Source: Cenococcum geophilum (lineage: Eukaryota). Taken from it: a DNA stretch of 64,000 nucleotides. Position numbers and translations under genes: made by a program. Under the pieces are notes generated by a model. It had not been told where the DNA came from, ran no database searches, and saw only the letters and a program-made list of their open reading frames with translations. Location of the stretch: positions 9,672,001-9,736,000 of the forward strand of contig CP158636.1 of assembly GCA_050273025.1 (NCBI GenBank). The letters run 5' to 3'. Positions 13,360 through 24,900 of this stretch are shown one piece after another; the first letter of the stretch is position 1, and each line of letters starts with the position of its first letter.

Positions 13360-14779
13360 GTCTACCTAAATATATAAAACCTAAAAACTTAACAACCCTT
13401 AAAGAAACTAGACTGGAAGTTTACGGGCCTATCCCTTAACCCGCCGGCGTCCTACCGGAAGCTGGTCCGTGCTTGAACACCAGAATGAAAATAACATGTA
13501 TAGCTAATTACTATTAACAATGCCTTCCAATCGTACTTCCAATGATATAGGCCTTGTCCAACCGACTCAGTATAACGTTCAGCCAAATCGATATGCTAAA
13601 AAGCCACCACCGAAACCATGGCCGCTGCCCGATTTTACTCCTACGACGATTCGATTTGGTTGATCTGATTGGCTAGTCCTTATCGATAACGGTAGGACGC
13701 ATTCCGGCGGGTTAAGGGATACTAAATTAAGAAGAAACTAAGCCTATACGCTTATAAGCTTAAACTATTAACTAAGATAAAAATATGTCTAACGTTTTAC
13801 GTAAACTTGCTATAACCCTTAAAAAGTAAACCTATAACTCGCGAAGTGCCACCGCTACCTTCTATAATTGTTAATAATAGTAACGGTTCTTACTTTATTG
13901 ACTTAATTAATAATATATAATAGAAAACACGATCTAAATAATTTAAACTTCTTATTAAGTGGGAAGGATATAAAATATAAACTTAGGAAACCTATAACTA
14001 GATTAAGACCGATACGCTTTCCCTAGTAAAAGAATTTTATAAAGACTATCCTTCGCGGCCTACTTTAGCTAAATAGATATAATATAAAGGCAAATAACTG
14101 CTACTTAATATAAATACATAAAATACAATAGTAGGAAGCTTAAAATTAAAAAGAACTTAAAATATATTATAATGTTTATAATATAATTACGTAATATATA
14201 AAATGTTAAGGAACTTTAACCAGCGGTTAAAGTTGTCTAATTAGTTAGATTTACCTTGCTAAGACCTACTACAAAAATATTAGTTTGGCTTACCGCCTTA
14301 ACTAAGCTAATAGCGATTTTTTATGCCGGGTATGGAAAATTTTAATTAGCCTACTTAATAATTAAAACTAGTAAAACCCTATATTATTACCTAACGCGAA
14401 AACATAACACGCGGTAAGTTATAAGTCTTAACTAAAATTAAATTATTTGGACCTTCGGCTAAAAGGGGGGGTACTATAACGGGACTAGCCTAGTTATAGT
14501 AGGAATATCTTAGTAAAATACTTAATAGATAAATTCCGACGCTTTAACTAAATTCTACTAGCTTAATTAACTTTTACTAAAGTTTGTTAAAGACCGCGTA
14601 TATATATACGCACGCATTGACCACTAAGCCCCTAACTATTTAATTATATAATTCTCTTATTATTCCCTTCTCTTCTTTACGTAACGTCTTGTTCTTAGCA
14701 AAAGCTATATACCTTTAGATTTAGATAGAATTTATATTATTCCTTTAAATCTTCTCTAAAGTCTCTCCGCGCCCTTATA
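13360..14779 (+). mobile_element. Ty3/gypsy chromovirus family A, copy A1: 3' fragment (integrase end, chromodomain, PPT, 3' LTR 14,475-14,779)
   Basis: Reverse-complement match to 14,780-16,070; LIKWEGY chromodomain motif; PPT AAAAGGGGGGGTAC; LTR homologous to 35,229-35,570. Confidence 0.9.
13433..13718 (+). mobile_element. 286-bp non-autonomous DNA transposon (MITE), piggyBac-like termini
   Basis: 15-bp perfect TIR CCCTTAACCCGCCGG, extended by GCGTCCTACCG/CGGTAGGACGC. Flanked by AT..AT; the empty site GGGCCTATACTAAAT is seen in the paralogous copy at ~15,991-16,005 (minus). Internal 47-codon ORF at 13,520-13,663. Confidence 0.9.
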
Positions 14780-15309
14780 AAGATATTCCTACTATAACTA
14801 GGCTAGTCCCGTTATAGTACTCCCCCTTTTAGCTAAAAGTCCAAATAATTTAATTTTAGTTAAGACTTATAACTTATTGCGTATTATATTTTTATATTAG
14901 GTAGTAGTATAGGGTTTTACTAGTTCTAATCATTAAATAGGCTGATTAGGATTTTCTATTCTCGGGATAGAAAATTACTATTAGCTTAATTAAGGTGGTA
15001 AGCAGAACTAATATCTTTATAGTAGGTCTTAGTAAGGCAGATCTAACTAATTAGATAACTTTAACTAGTGGTTAAAGTTCTTTAATATCTTATATATTAC
15101 GTAATTATATTATAAACATTATAACGTATTTTAAGTTCTTTCTAATTTTAAGCTTTTTACTATTATAATTTATATATTTATATTAGGTAGTAGTTATTTG
15201 CCTTTATATTGTATTTATTTAGCTAGAGTAGGCCGCAAAGGATAGTCCTTATAAAATTCTTTTATTAAGGAAGGCGCGTTAGCCTTAATCTAGTTATAGG
15301 TTTCCTAGG

Positions 15310-15731
15310 TATAACGGAGCCTTATAGTAAGAACTACAGTAAACTCGTTAATAGGCTAGGTGTATAGGTAATGCAGGAAGTTAACAACGTAAATAATAAC
15401 TAGTGGAGTGGTTACCTAACAGATTAACTCTAATTATATTCTAAGAATCACTATAAGGAAAGGAACTATCTAGGTAGGGACTAAGGGTCCTTAAATACAC
15501 AACTATACTCTTAAGAAAGTTATTGCTCTATCTACTCCGCCTGCTCTGTTCGCTTTATAATAGATCTTATAGATTATACAGATTATACAGATTATATCAC
15601 GTAACTTTACTTACTATTTCTCGTTACATGGTTCTATCAGTTCCATCCTAAACTATACTTTAATTAACCAACTGGCTTCTTTCGACTCTTCTCCAAGTAG
15701 TCGTAATATCGTACTTAAAGCGTCCGTAACA
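15310..15731 (-). mobile_element. Solo LTR of gypsy family B
   Basis: TATAAC(TGTAAC)..GTAACA ends, TSD CTAGG on both sides, homologous to 61,072-61,476. Confidence 0.92.
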
Positions 15732-17925
15732 CTAGGTTTATATTTTATATCCTTTCTACTTAATAAGAAGTTTAAATTATTTAGATTATATTTTTTATTA
15801 TATATTATTAATTAAGTTAATAAAGTAAGAACCGTTACCGTTATTAATAATTATAAAAGGTAGTAGCGGCACTTCGCGAGTTAAAGGTTTACCTTTTAAA
15901 AGTTATAGTAAGTTTATATAAAACGTTAGATATATTTTTATCTTAGTTAGTAGTTTAAGCTTATAAGTATATAGGCTTAGTTTTTTCTTAATTTAGTATA
16001 GGCCCGTAAACTTCTAGTCTAGTTTCTTTAAGGGTCGCTAAGTCTTTAGGTTTTATATATTTAGGTAAACTATATTACCTTTCTTAAAGTCCTATATAGG
16101 AGCTTATCTTTTATTTATATACTATTTCTATACCGTTTAAGTGTACGCTAATTTACTTTATAATAGTTCCGTTAACTACTTTATTTAATTAGCGAAGTTA
16201 TATGCGTTAATTAGTTAAATCCTCTTAATTATAGGTCCTATCGCATTAATTCCGGGTTATAGTTTAAATCTAAGTTAAGGGTTTTATCCGTAGGTTACGT
16301 AAAACAGCATTATGCCTATTAATTTATTTCTTATATTATTTGCAGTAAATTTAGCTAAAGGTAGCCACTTTTCCTAGTTATCTTGCAGGTAGGAGCAGTA
16401 TATTTATAGGTATTATTCTATAATTATATTTGCAATTTTAGTTTAACTATTTATCTCTAAATAAAATATAGTTAAGAGTTATATTTATATACTTAATTAT
16501 TTATATAGGGCTTATTAAAAGTCTAAAATAAACTAGCTTCCGTAGTTAAATATTATTAAATTAGGAAGTCTATATAGCTTAAAGACGTATTTAATAAAAT
16601 ATTCGGCTACTAATATTGCATTAATTAAGTCTATAGGAATTTGTCTAAATAAGTTCAAACAGGAATTTATGGACGCAATTACGTGAGCTAAGCGAGCTTA
16701 GGAAACCCCTTAAATTCCACCTCTTTATATACAATTAAAAGAATAAGTCACTATTATCTAAAAGAGTATACGATACTACAGGTATTTCGTGCCCCTGGAT
16801 ATAACTTACCTATATTATTAAGTTAATACAAACACTGATCAGTAAGCGCGCACAGATCAGCAATTACTTAACACCTCTCCCTAAGCGATATACGACAGTA
16901 ACTACCCGTTTATATCCTAGTATGACCTACTAAAAGGTCAGAAGTTGGGGATTACGGACTATATCACCATCTCTATATACTTATTTAAGTCTTAGTATAG
17001 TTTACTAGAAGTTTATAAACGTAAATACAGACCTTTACGGAACCCCCTACTCTCCTACAAACTATTATAGACCTATTAATCGCCTTTACGGACCATTATA
17101 AGACCTCTTAAACTACTACAGACCCATTAATCGATTCTATGGACCGTTATAAGACCTCCTCCACCCGCTACAAGCTACTACTACCCGTTACAGCTTATAT
17201 AGACATACTATGCTATATAATATGGCAGATATATGCAAGCAAATCAACGAAGGTTAAAAGAAGTAGAGTTAGGGAGTCGACCTCACGTCTACAAACGGCG
17301 TTAACGACTATATTAATTTCAAAATCCTTAAATACGGACACTTTAAGCTTCTAAACGACGATCTATGGGAATAATATAAGGAAGACTTTACGGACTTTAC
17401 GGAAGCTATCTTTAAGGCTTATAACCTTATAGCTACCCGCAACCTATAAACCCTCTTACGTTACTAAGGTATATGGGTTGAAAAGGATAAGTAAGTTACT
17501 ATTGCACGGTCTCTATACGATACACTATATAAGGAGGACCAAACGGAATGGACTAAAGAGCAAATCTTAGATTATATCAAAACCAGCGGACTCTTTGCTT
17601 CCTTTAAACTCAATAGGATCTCTGGTCTTATAGCCGACCTATTTAACTAAATTCGCCCTACAGACCGAAGTGGTTTTAGAATTAATCTTATGGGCTAATA
17701 GCAGTATACCCTATAGCAGAACGGTTCTACGGAACATTCTAGGGGGATAGTTATACCAAAGGAAGAGCTGGACAAGACGTTAAAGGAAGAGATTATTAAA
17801 ACGTTAGATGAGGACGAGACTTAAGAAGATATCGGTGGAAGTCGGCAGGTGGATTCTGGCGGAAATTAAGATCAAGCGACTGATCAAGAGGAGCTTAACC
17901 CTTAAGACGATGACGTAATAGGCCC

Positions 17926-18010
17926 ACAAGCCCCGTCCGCACAAGCTCCGTCCGTACAAGCTCCGTCCGCACAAGCTCCGCCCACGCAAGCTCCATCTGC
18001 GCAAGCCCCG
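17926..18010 (+). repeat. 15-bp tandem repeat (CACAAGCTCCGTCCG-like, encodes QAPSA), 5-6 copies
   Basis: Directly visible; in frame with the gag-derived ORF of element C. Confidence 0.85.
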
Positions 18011-18218
18011 CTAGCTTCACCCTCTTCGCTAACCAAAGCCAAAGAGCCACGGCAGCCAAGCTCGTACAAACCTCCGCAACCTGCCCAGCAATCACTGCCT
18101 ACGGCAACCGCCTCTACCCTGCCCCCAGCAACTGCTCCTACCCCACTTAGTCTTTCTCTCGCCCAGTATCTTCACCCTAGTACTGCCAACACCGACCCTA
18201 ATATGCAGCTGTATATAG

Positions 18219-18297
18219 ACCGACCAAAGAACCGACTAAGGAACCGACTAAGGAACCGACCAAGGAATCGACCAAGGAACCGACCGAGGAATCGACA
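18219..18297 (+). repeat. 12-bp tandem repeat (ACCGACCAAGGA-like, TDQG), about 6 copies
   Basis: Directly visible. Confidence 0.85.
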
Positions 18298-18359
18298 TAA
18301 ATATGGTCAAGTTATAGGTTACTAAACGAGTAAAGAGAGAACAGGAGACAAGGAAGTTC

Positions 18360-18452
18360 ATTTACGGCCCACCGGAAGGCTGTACGGTTTATTTACGGCC
18401 CGTCAGAAGACTGTACGGCTTATTTACGGCCCAACGGAAGGCCGTATGGTTC
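18360..18452 (+). repeat. ~30-bp tandem repeat (ATTTACGGCCC..GAAGGCTGTACGG), 3 copies
   Basis: Directly visible; related motifs occur in the 3' UTR of D elements. Confidence 0.75.
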
Positions 18453-21400
18453 ATCTTACGGACTATGAGCAGGACTTACGGCCAGCTTAAAGCACCGTTT
18501 AGAAGATAGCCAAAAAGGTACCTCGGGAGGTATTTCCTACGCATTTCTTTTATGTTTTATAGTTTTATTTTTATATATTTTGTATTTTATGGTTTTATTA
18601 AAGCAAATTACGGAGGCTATACACAAGCGGTTCTATTTTTAAGTACCGCTAGTATATAATTATAGTATAGCACCTGTTATACGGAGGAATTTCCTATATA
18701 TTTCTTTTGTGTTTTATGGTTTTATTTCTTATATATTTCCCTTTTATTTTACGGTTCTATTAAAGCAATTACGGAGGCTATGCATAAGTGGTTTGTTTTT
18801 AAGTGCCGCCAGTGTCTAAATAAGTTCAAACAGGAATTTATGGACGCAATCACGTGAGCTAAGCGAGCTCAGGAAACCCCTTAAATTCCACCTCTTTATA
18901 TATAATTAGAAGAACAAGTCACTATCATCCAAAAGAGCATACGATACTACACGTATTTCGTGCCCCTGGATATAACTTACCTATATTAAGTTGATACAAA
19001 CAGAATTATATATTGTATTTTTATAGGACGGTTAATAACTACTATAATATTCGTAAACCTATTACTGTTAGGTAGGTTAACTATAAAGTTAATTAAGATA
19101 TCTTACTATCTTTGTATTAGAATTGGCAACAGTTAAAGTACTCCTTACTTCTTTATATAAGAGGTCTTCCCACGTATATATATTCTGCATACTTAAATAT
19201 ATTTTTATATATAGTTATATATTATAGGCCAGTAATATACTCGTTAAATAATCTTATAGGTCTTTATATAGCTAGGATGCCCTACTATAGGGGAATTATG
19301 TATAAATTTGAGTATCTTAAATTATAAGGGTTCGGAATTTAGGACTACTATCTTCTATTAATAGTACAACCGATTATTACGGATTTTGTATTCAGTAAGT
19401 GTAATATCCTTATATTACCGTTTCCCTATTTAAATTGCTTTTATTATACTTACTATCTAGGGGTCGTTCTTATATTTATGCTTTACCAACCTACCAACTT
19501 CTATATCCCACTTATTAATTTCCAATTCATTTCTATTAAGCTCTATATTTAGAAATATAGGGCGTAGTTTCTTAAAGCGTTTAGGGGGCAGTAGAATTTA
19601 TAATTAATTTATAATCTATTTATTAGAGGCGTTTATAGGTAAGTCCTATAATTATTATATTAATAAGTTAGGCTTTTAATTAAGTTTGCTAGGTTGGTAC
19701 GTAATCTTAAAGTTAAATTATAAGAGGTATTCGGCCTAACGAATTTGGCGCTATATTAATTGCTTTATAGTTATAAAGTACTATAGATTTTTATAGTCTG
19801 TTAATACGCGTATTAGGAACAATAATTCTTTAAATTCTAGACGCTATTATTTAAAGCATTTAATAATTATAAGCAGTTCCTTATTATATATTTTATAGTT
19901 TAATTTAGTAGGGGTAAGTTTCCGGGGGAGAAAGGCTACTAGGCGCAGCTCGCCGTTCTTATTATATTGTAATAACACTCCTCTTAGTGCATAATTAGAT
20001 AAGTCTATTTTAATAATATATTTAAGGTTTAAATTAAAGTAGGTAAGAATTAGGGTAGTTATAAAATAATATTTTAGGTCGTTAAAAGCTTATTTATATT
20101 TAGTAGTCTATTTAAATCTTATATTCTTTCTTATTAAGTTTACTAATAGCTAAATAATCTTTAAGAAGTAATTAATAAATTAATAGTAGAAATTTATAAA
20201 TTTTAGAAATCCTTAGATATCTTATATACTACTAGGACTTTCCTAGTTTATAATTACAGCGATTTTTTTAGGGTCTATTTTAATTCCGTCGCGGGATATA
20301 ATTAGGCCTAAGTATATAACTTCAGACGTATAGAACTTGTATTTCTTAATATTATATTATAAGCCTGCATCTTATAGGCGTTTAAGGACTATTTAGATAT
20401 GTTTTTAATACTTAGAAAGTAAAGACAAATAGATTAAAATATTATTAATATATACAGTAATAAATATATTAAGGAATTTATAAAGCATATTATTAATATA
20501 TTACTAAAATATACTAGAACTATTCTTTATACTAAATAGCATTACTAGGTATTTAAAAGGTCCCTATTATATATAGAAAGCTATATACTTTTTATTTCCT
20601 TTACAAATACGGATTTAATTAAAGGCAGTAACTATGTTAAGCTTTATAAAGTATCGTGCTTTTACTAAGCAGTTAAGTATTTCTTAAAGTAGAGGAATTA
20701 GATATTAGTTTTAAATTATAATTATATTTAGGGCTTAATAAATAATATAGAACCTTAAGCCTTCTCTAGATTTCTTAATAAATAGTATAAGTAAGGCGAA
20801 TAATAATTAACTAGAGCGAATAAATCCTTTCTCTAGGTGCTCTTTAAGGTATTATTATATTATAAGCAGCTCTTCTTATAATATACTATATAACGGGCCG
20901 AACTTTAGCATTATACTAGGTTTAAGTTCTATTTTAAAATTATACTTATCTTAATATAGGGGTAATTAGTTTACGAATTGTTTCTTAAACGTATTAATTA
21001 GATTATAATATTCTTTAGGTATAAGAGGTTAGGGGTTAATATATTACTTTGGTTTTAACACCTTTTTAATATCTTTTAGTATTATAGTAAAGATCTTATA
21101 GTCTTGTTTTCTTACTAATAAATAAAAGGGTATAGCTTATACTATATAAAAATTTAAAGGGTTTTAATATATTATTTTCGCATTTTTTACTATAATTGGC
21201 AGTTATAACTTTATTATATTAGTTTAAGGTTTATAGTAAGGGCAATTTATATTATATTAAATTTAAATAGTTATATATATATTTATAGGGTAAGTGGTAT
21301 TTTAAGTAATAACTTTAGTAGTAGGTTATACGAAATTTTAGTATTTCTTTAACCCAGCTAATTAAAGGGTTGTGTTGTTTTAGCTATCTATATTTAAGTA

Positions 21401-21994
21401 TTACTTTATAATACTTTAAGGGTATTATAAATAGGGAAACATATTTAAGGTATTCGCCTATCCGCATCTTTATAAAAGTGTAGTACGTTAGTTCGCTATA
21501 TATTAAAGGCTTACTATTAAAGCCTTATAGGCCTTAGGGCTTATTAAGTTTCTTTAAATTTAGGCGTTAAGTTTTTGTGTAGTTTATATTAATAAAGCCT
21601 ATACTAGTAGCTCTGCTATCTATAAGGATTTATACTTCCTTTTATTTTCTAAATATTTAAATTTCGCTAAGTATATTAAGGGAGTCGTGTTATATATTAG
21701 CGCTAGAAGAGCCTAGATACTTATGCTCTTCTACTTCTTATTTTAAGGCGTAACTTAGCCCTAGAATAATTTGTTTTCCAAATTAACTAAAGGTAAGATG
21801 CTTTATAGCGACTAAGTATAATTTATAAAATAAGTATAATTTAAGGACTAAGAAGAACTATAGTAGACCTTTTTAAAAGGATATGTTTGGCAATTCCTTT
21901 AAATATATCCCTTTCTACCGCATCTAAAGCATTTTCTATTTGCGGCTTAAGTTCTTTATTTATTAGTTTCTAAGGGTATATAGGATTAGGTAGC

Positions 21995-24900
21995 TGTTCG
22001 TACTAACTTAATAGTACGAGTGAGTTAGATCCAGGGGCACGAAATACGTGTAGTATCGTATGCTCTTTTGGATGATGGTGACTGTTAATTATATAAAGCA
22101 GACTACGTGGTCTATATACTGATGCACCTCCCCCCTAATTAGTTAGTGCTTTATAAGTGCACCAGGCGCGTAAGCGAGTGGTTAGTGCACTGAACGCGTA
22201 AACGCGTACCTAGTGTACCGAACGCGTAAGCACGCGTTTAGTATAACAGGTGCTGTAATTATACACTGGCAGTACTTGAAAAATGAAACCACCTATGTAT
22301 AGCCTCCGTAATTGCTTTAATAAAACCATAGAATATAAAGGAAAATACATAGGAAATCTCCCTAAGGTGCCGCCTAGGCTGCCTTCTAAACGGTGCCCTA
22401 AGCTGGCCGTAAGTTCTACTTACGGTCCGTAAAATAAACCGTACGGCCTTTTGACGGGTAGTAGATGAGCCATAAGTTAGATTTTAAGGGCTGCTAAGGC
22501 GCTAGTGCTAAGCGAACTAATGGCGATTTTCTATCCCGGGGATGGAAAATCGTAATTAGTTAATTTAACTACCCTATAAAATTCGGCAGGTTACGTAAAT
22601 CCACTAAGTTCCACTATAGCTTTCCACCGTTTTCTACCTATACTATATAACGAGCCGTACAGCCTTCTAACGGGCCGTAGATATACCATAGGTGCTCCGT
22701 TAGTCTCGTTCTACCTATTTTATAACTTTTAGGTTAAGCTTATTTGTATTAATTAGGGTTTTAAGGGCTTAATACGGCTTTGCCTTAGTTATAGCGTCCG
22801 CTAGGTTATCTCCGCTGCTGATCTATTTAACCTCTATAATCTTACATTATTTATAGGCTTAATATAAGTATATTAGGTCGACCATAAGCCTCTTCTCTTA
22901 TATCGTACCTAGTTTAACTAGGTAGTTGTAAAGGGACTTTAAATTAGTGTATAAAACTAGGAGTAACTACTCTAGTTATAGAATCTTCTAGACCGTTAAT
23001 TTAATTGCGGCTGCTATATTAAATCCATAAACTAGTATATATAGTTTAGAAGCTAGTATATTACGGGTTACTTATTTACACTTAATTAAAGACTAGTATA
23101 GTATATTTGCGTCCTAATTGTGGTCCGTAAGTATAATTATAAAGCTAATTTATAATAATAGGTCTTTATTATTAGTAAAGGAGGCGTCTATAAATACTAG
23201 TAAGCTAAGGGAACTTAGGTCTAGTGGTATAAAAGTAAGTCCCCTTGCTATATTATTAATTTGCTACTAAATACGCTTATTAAGCTGCTTAATATTTTCT
23301 TCTTACGGATCTACTACCTGGGCTATAAAGGATAAGTCGTAGGCAGATTTAGGTTGGCAGACTATAGCAATATAGGCGCCTCTTGCACGCTATGCAGCGT
23401 ATTAGTCCTTTGTATTTATGGTCTTATAGGTCTCTCTATAGGAACTAGTAAGGTCCATAGGCTTTACTATAATAAGCTTTAGGTTTTAAGCTTAGCGTTC
23501 CTAGGTTAGCTAGATTAAGTTACCCTTTTATATAATTAAGCCTCTATTAAACTTAATTAGAGTTTGCTTAGTTAACTACTCTTATAGCTTTGCTAGGAAC
23601 TTAGCTTCTTATAGTTTAGTCTCTTTAGCGTCCGTAAATATCCGGTTTGCTAAGAAGAAGGTATTATCTATTTAAAGTCTAACAATACTAAGGCCGTTTG
23701 ATGGGCTGTATAGGAGGTAGGGGTTGTAGGTTAACTGTTCCATTTTGAGCTTACTAATGTGGTGCTAGTAGTATGTCTTAAACTAATGGTTTCCGGCTTC
23801 TAGTACTCCGTAAAGAGGTTTTATAACCTATAAAATTGTTTCTAGTTATAAGTTAAGCTTATAGGGTGGTCGTATAAAGATATCCCTACTTAGGTAGGTA
23901 TTAGACTGCATATAGGCTTGTGAGATATCCTGTAAGTAAAGGGCTACAGATTTGGTTTGTTGTAGTCTAGGCGTAAGTGCGAGTATAATCCGTTGGCTGA
24001 CTTGTTAAATTGTAGGCGATTATGTAAGAACTAAGTCCTTTTCCTTATCGTTATAAGCTTATACAACAAGCCTTAATTTCTTAAAGGCTTTGTTAGTACT
24101 AGGGTGCTTAATCTTATTAATAAAGTATAAGTTAAATATATGGACGCCTTACGGGACGTCTTTCTCTATTATAACTATAAAGACACCCTTTTTAAGTAGT
24201 CCGTTGATCTCTTTATGTTATAAGTCCGTAAATGGGGTTTCCTATACTAGAACTAATATATCCATAGGCAGAGATTGCCTTGCGGATATTCCTGTAGAGG
24301 TTAGGTAATTTTTTGTTATGGTATTCTTAGTTATAGGGTGCTTTTAGGGGCGTCCTCGACTACGCTTTACGGTAGGTTTAGTAGGTTCAGTGGGTTTCTA
24401 GGGGACTTCTAGGGTAGGCAAGGGTGCTTCTAGTTCGTCTAATTTAGCGGGTGCTTTTAGTTTATTTAGTTTAACAGGTGCTTCTAGTTCGTCTGGTTTG
24501 ACGTTATAGGTATTTTTGGGCCGAAAGTAGGGTTTTACGGACGTGCTTCTAAAGCTGGTTAGCCTACTAGGAAGCTATATATAGCACGTCTCGTTTTCTA
24601 TAGCTAGTAGGCGATAAGGTCTATTCTAACTGCCGCTTTTACGCTATATAAGGACTTTAGAGTTAAGCAGGAGGTCGTATACTAGGGTTGTGTTAGGTCC
24701 GTTACGGTAGTATAGGGCATTATTAATAGCTTGCTTGGCCCGTAGCTTAACTATTTTAGTTATTACCTTCTGTATTATAGCTGCTCGTTCCGTAATAGAT
24801 GGGGTAGGAGGGCCTAGGTTGCTTATTTTTGGGTAGGCTCCATAAACTAAGAGGGTGGGTACTAGTCCGTTAGGGCTAGCGGTGTCGTTAATAGCTTTTA

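Larger units (their letters stand above)
16642..19002 (+). mobile_element. Non-autonomous copia-derived LTR element C (2.36 kb; LTRs 16,642-16,834 and 18,813-19,002)
   Basis: TG..CA LTR pair, TSD GAATT; leader and gag N-terminus (ATG 17,222) homologous to D elements; no pol motifs. Confidence 0.92.

Noticed and set aside
16064..16079. GGTAA-N6-TTACC dyad at the empty paralogue of the Starship insertion site as a recombinase target
   Set aside because: The symmetry probably arises from mutation of coding sequence (A1 reads GTCTACC, not GTTTACC); cannot be supported without the consensus.
17139..17354. 71-aa plus-strand ORF
   Set aside because: Off-frame overlap of the leader and gag start of element C.
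17804..18095. Two minus-strand ORFs with repeated peptides
   Set aside because: Produced by the 15-bp tandem repeat, antisense to the element C ORF.
18219..18452. Short direct repeats as a CRISPR-like array
   Set aside because: No unique spacers, eukaryotic context, inside an LTR element.
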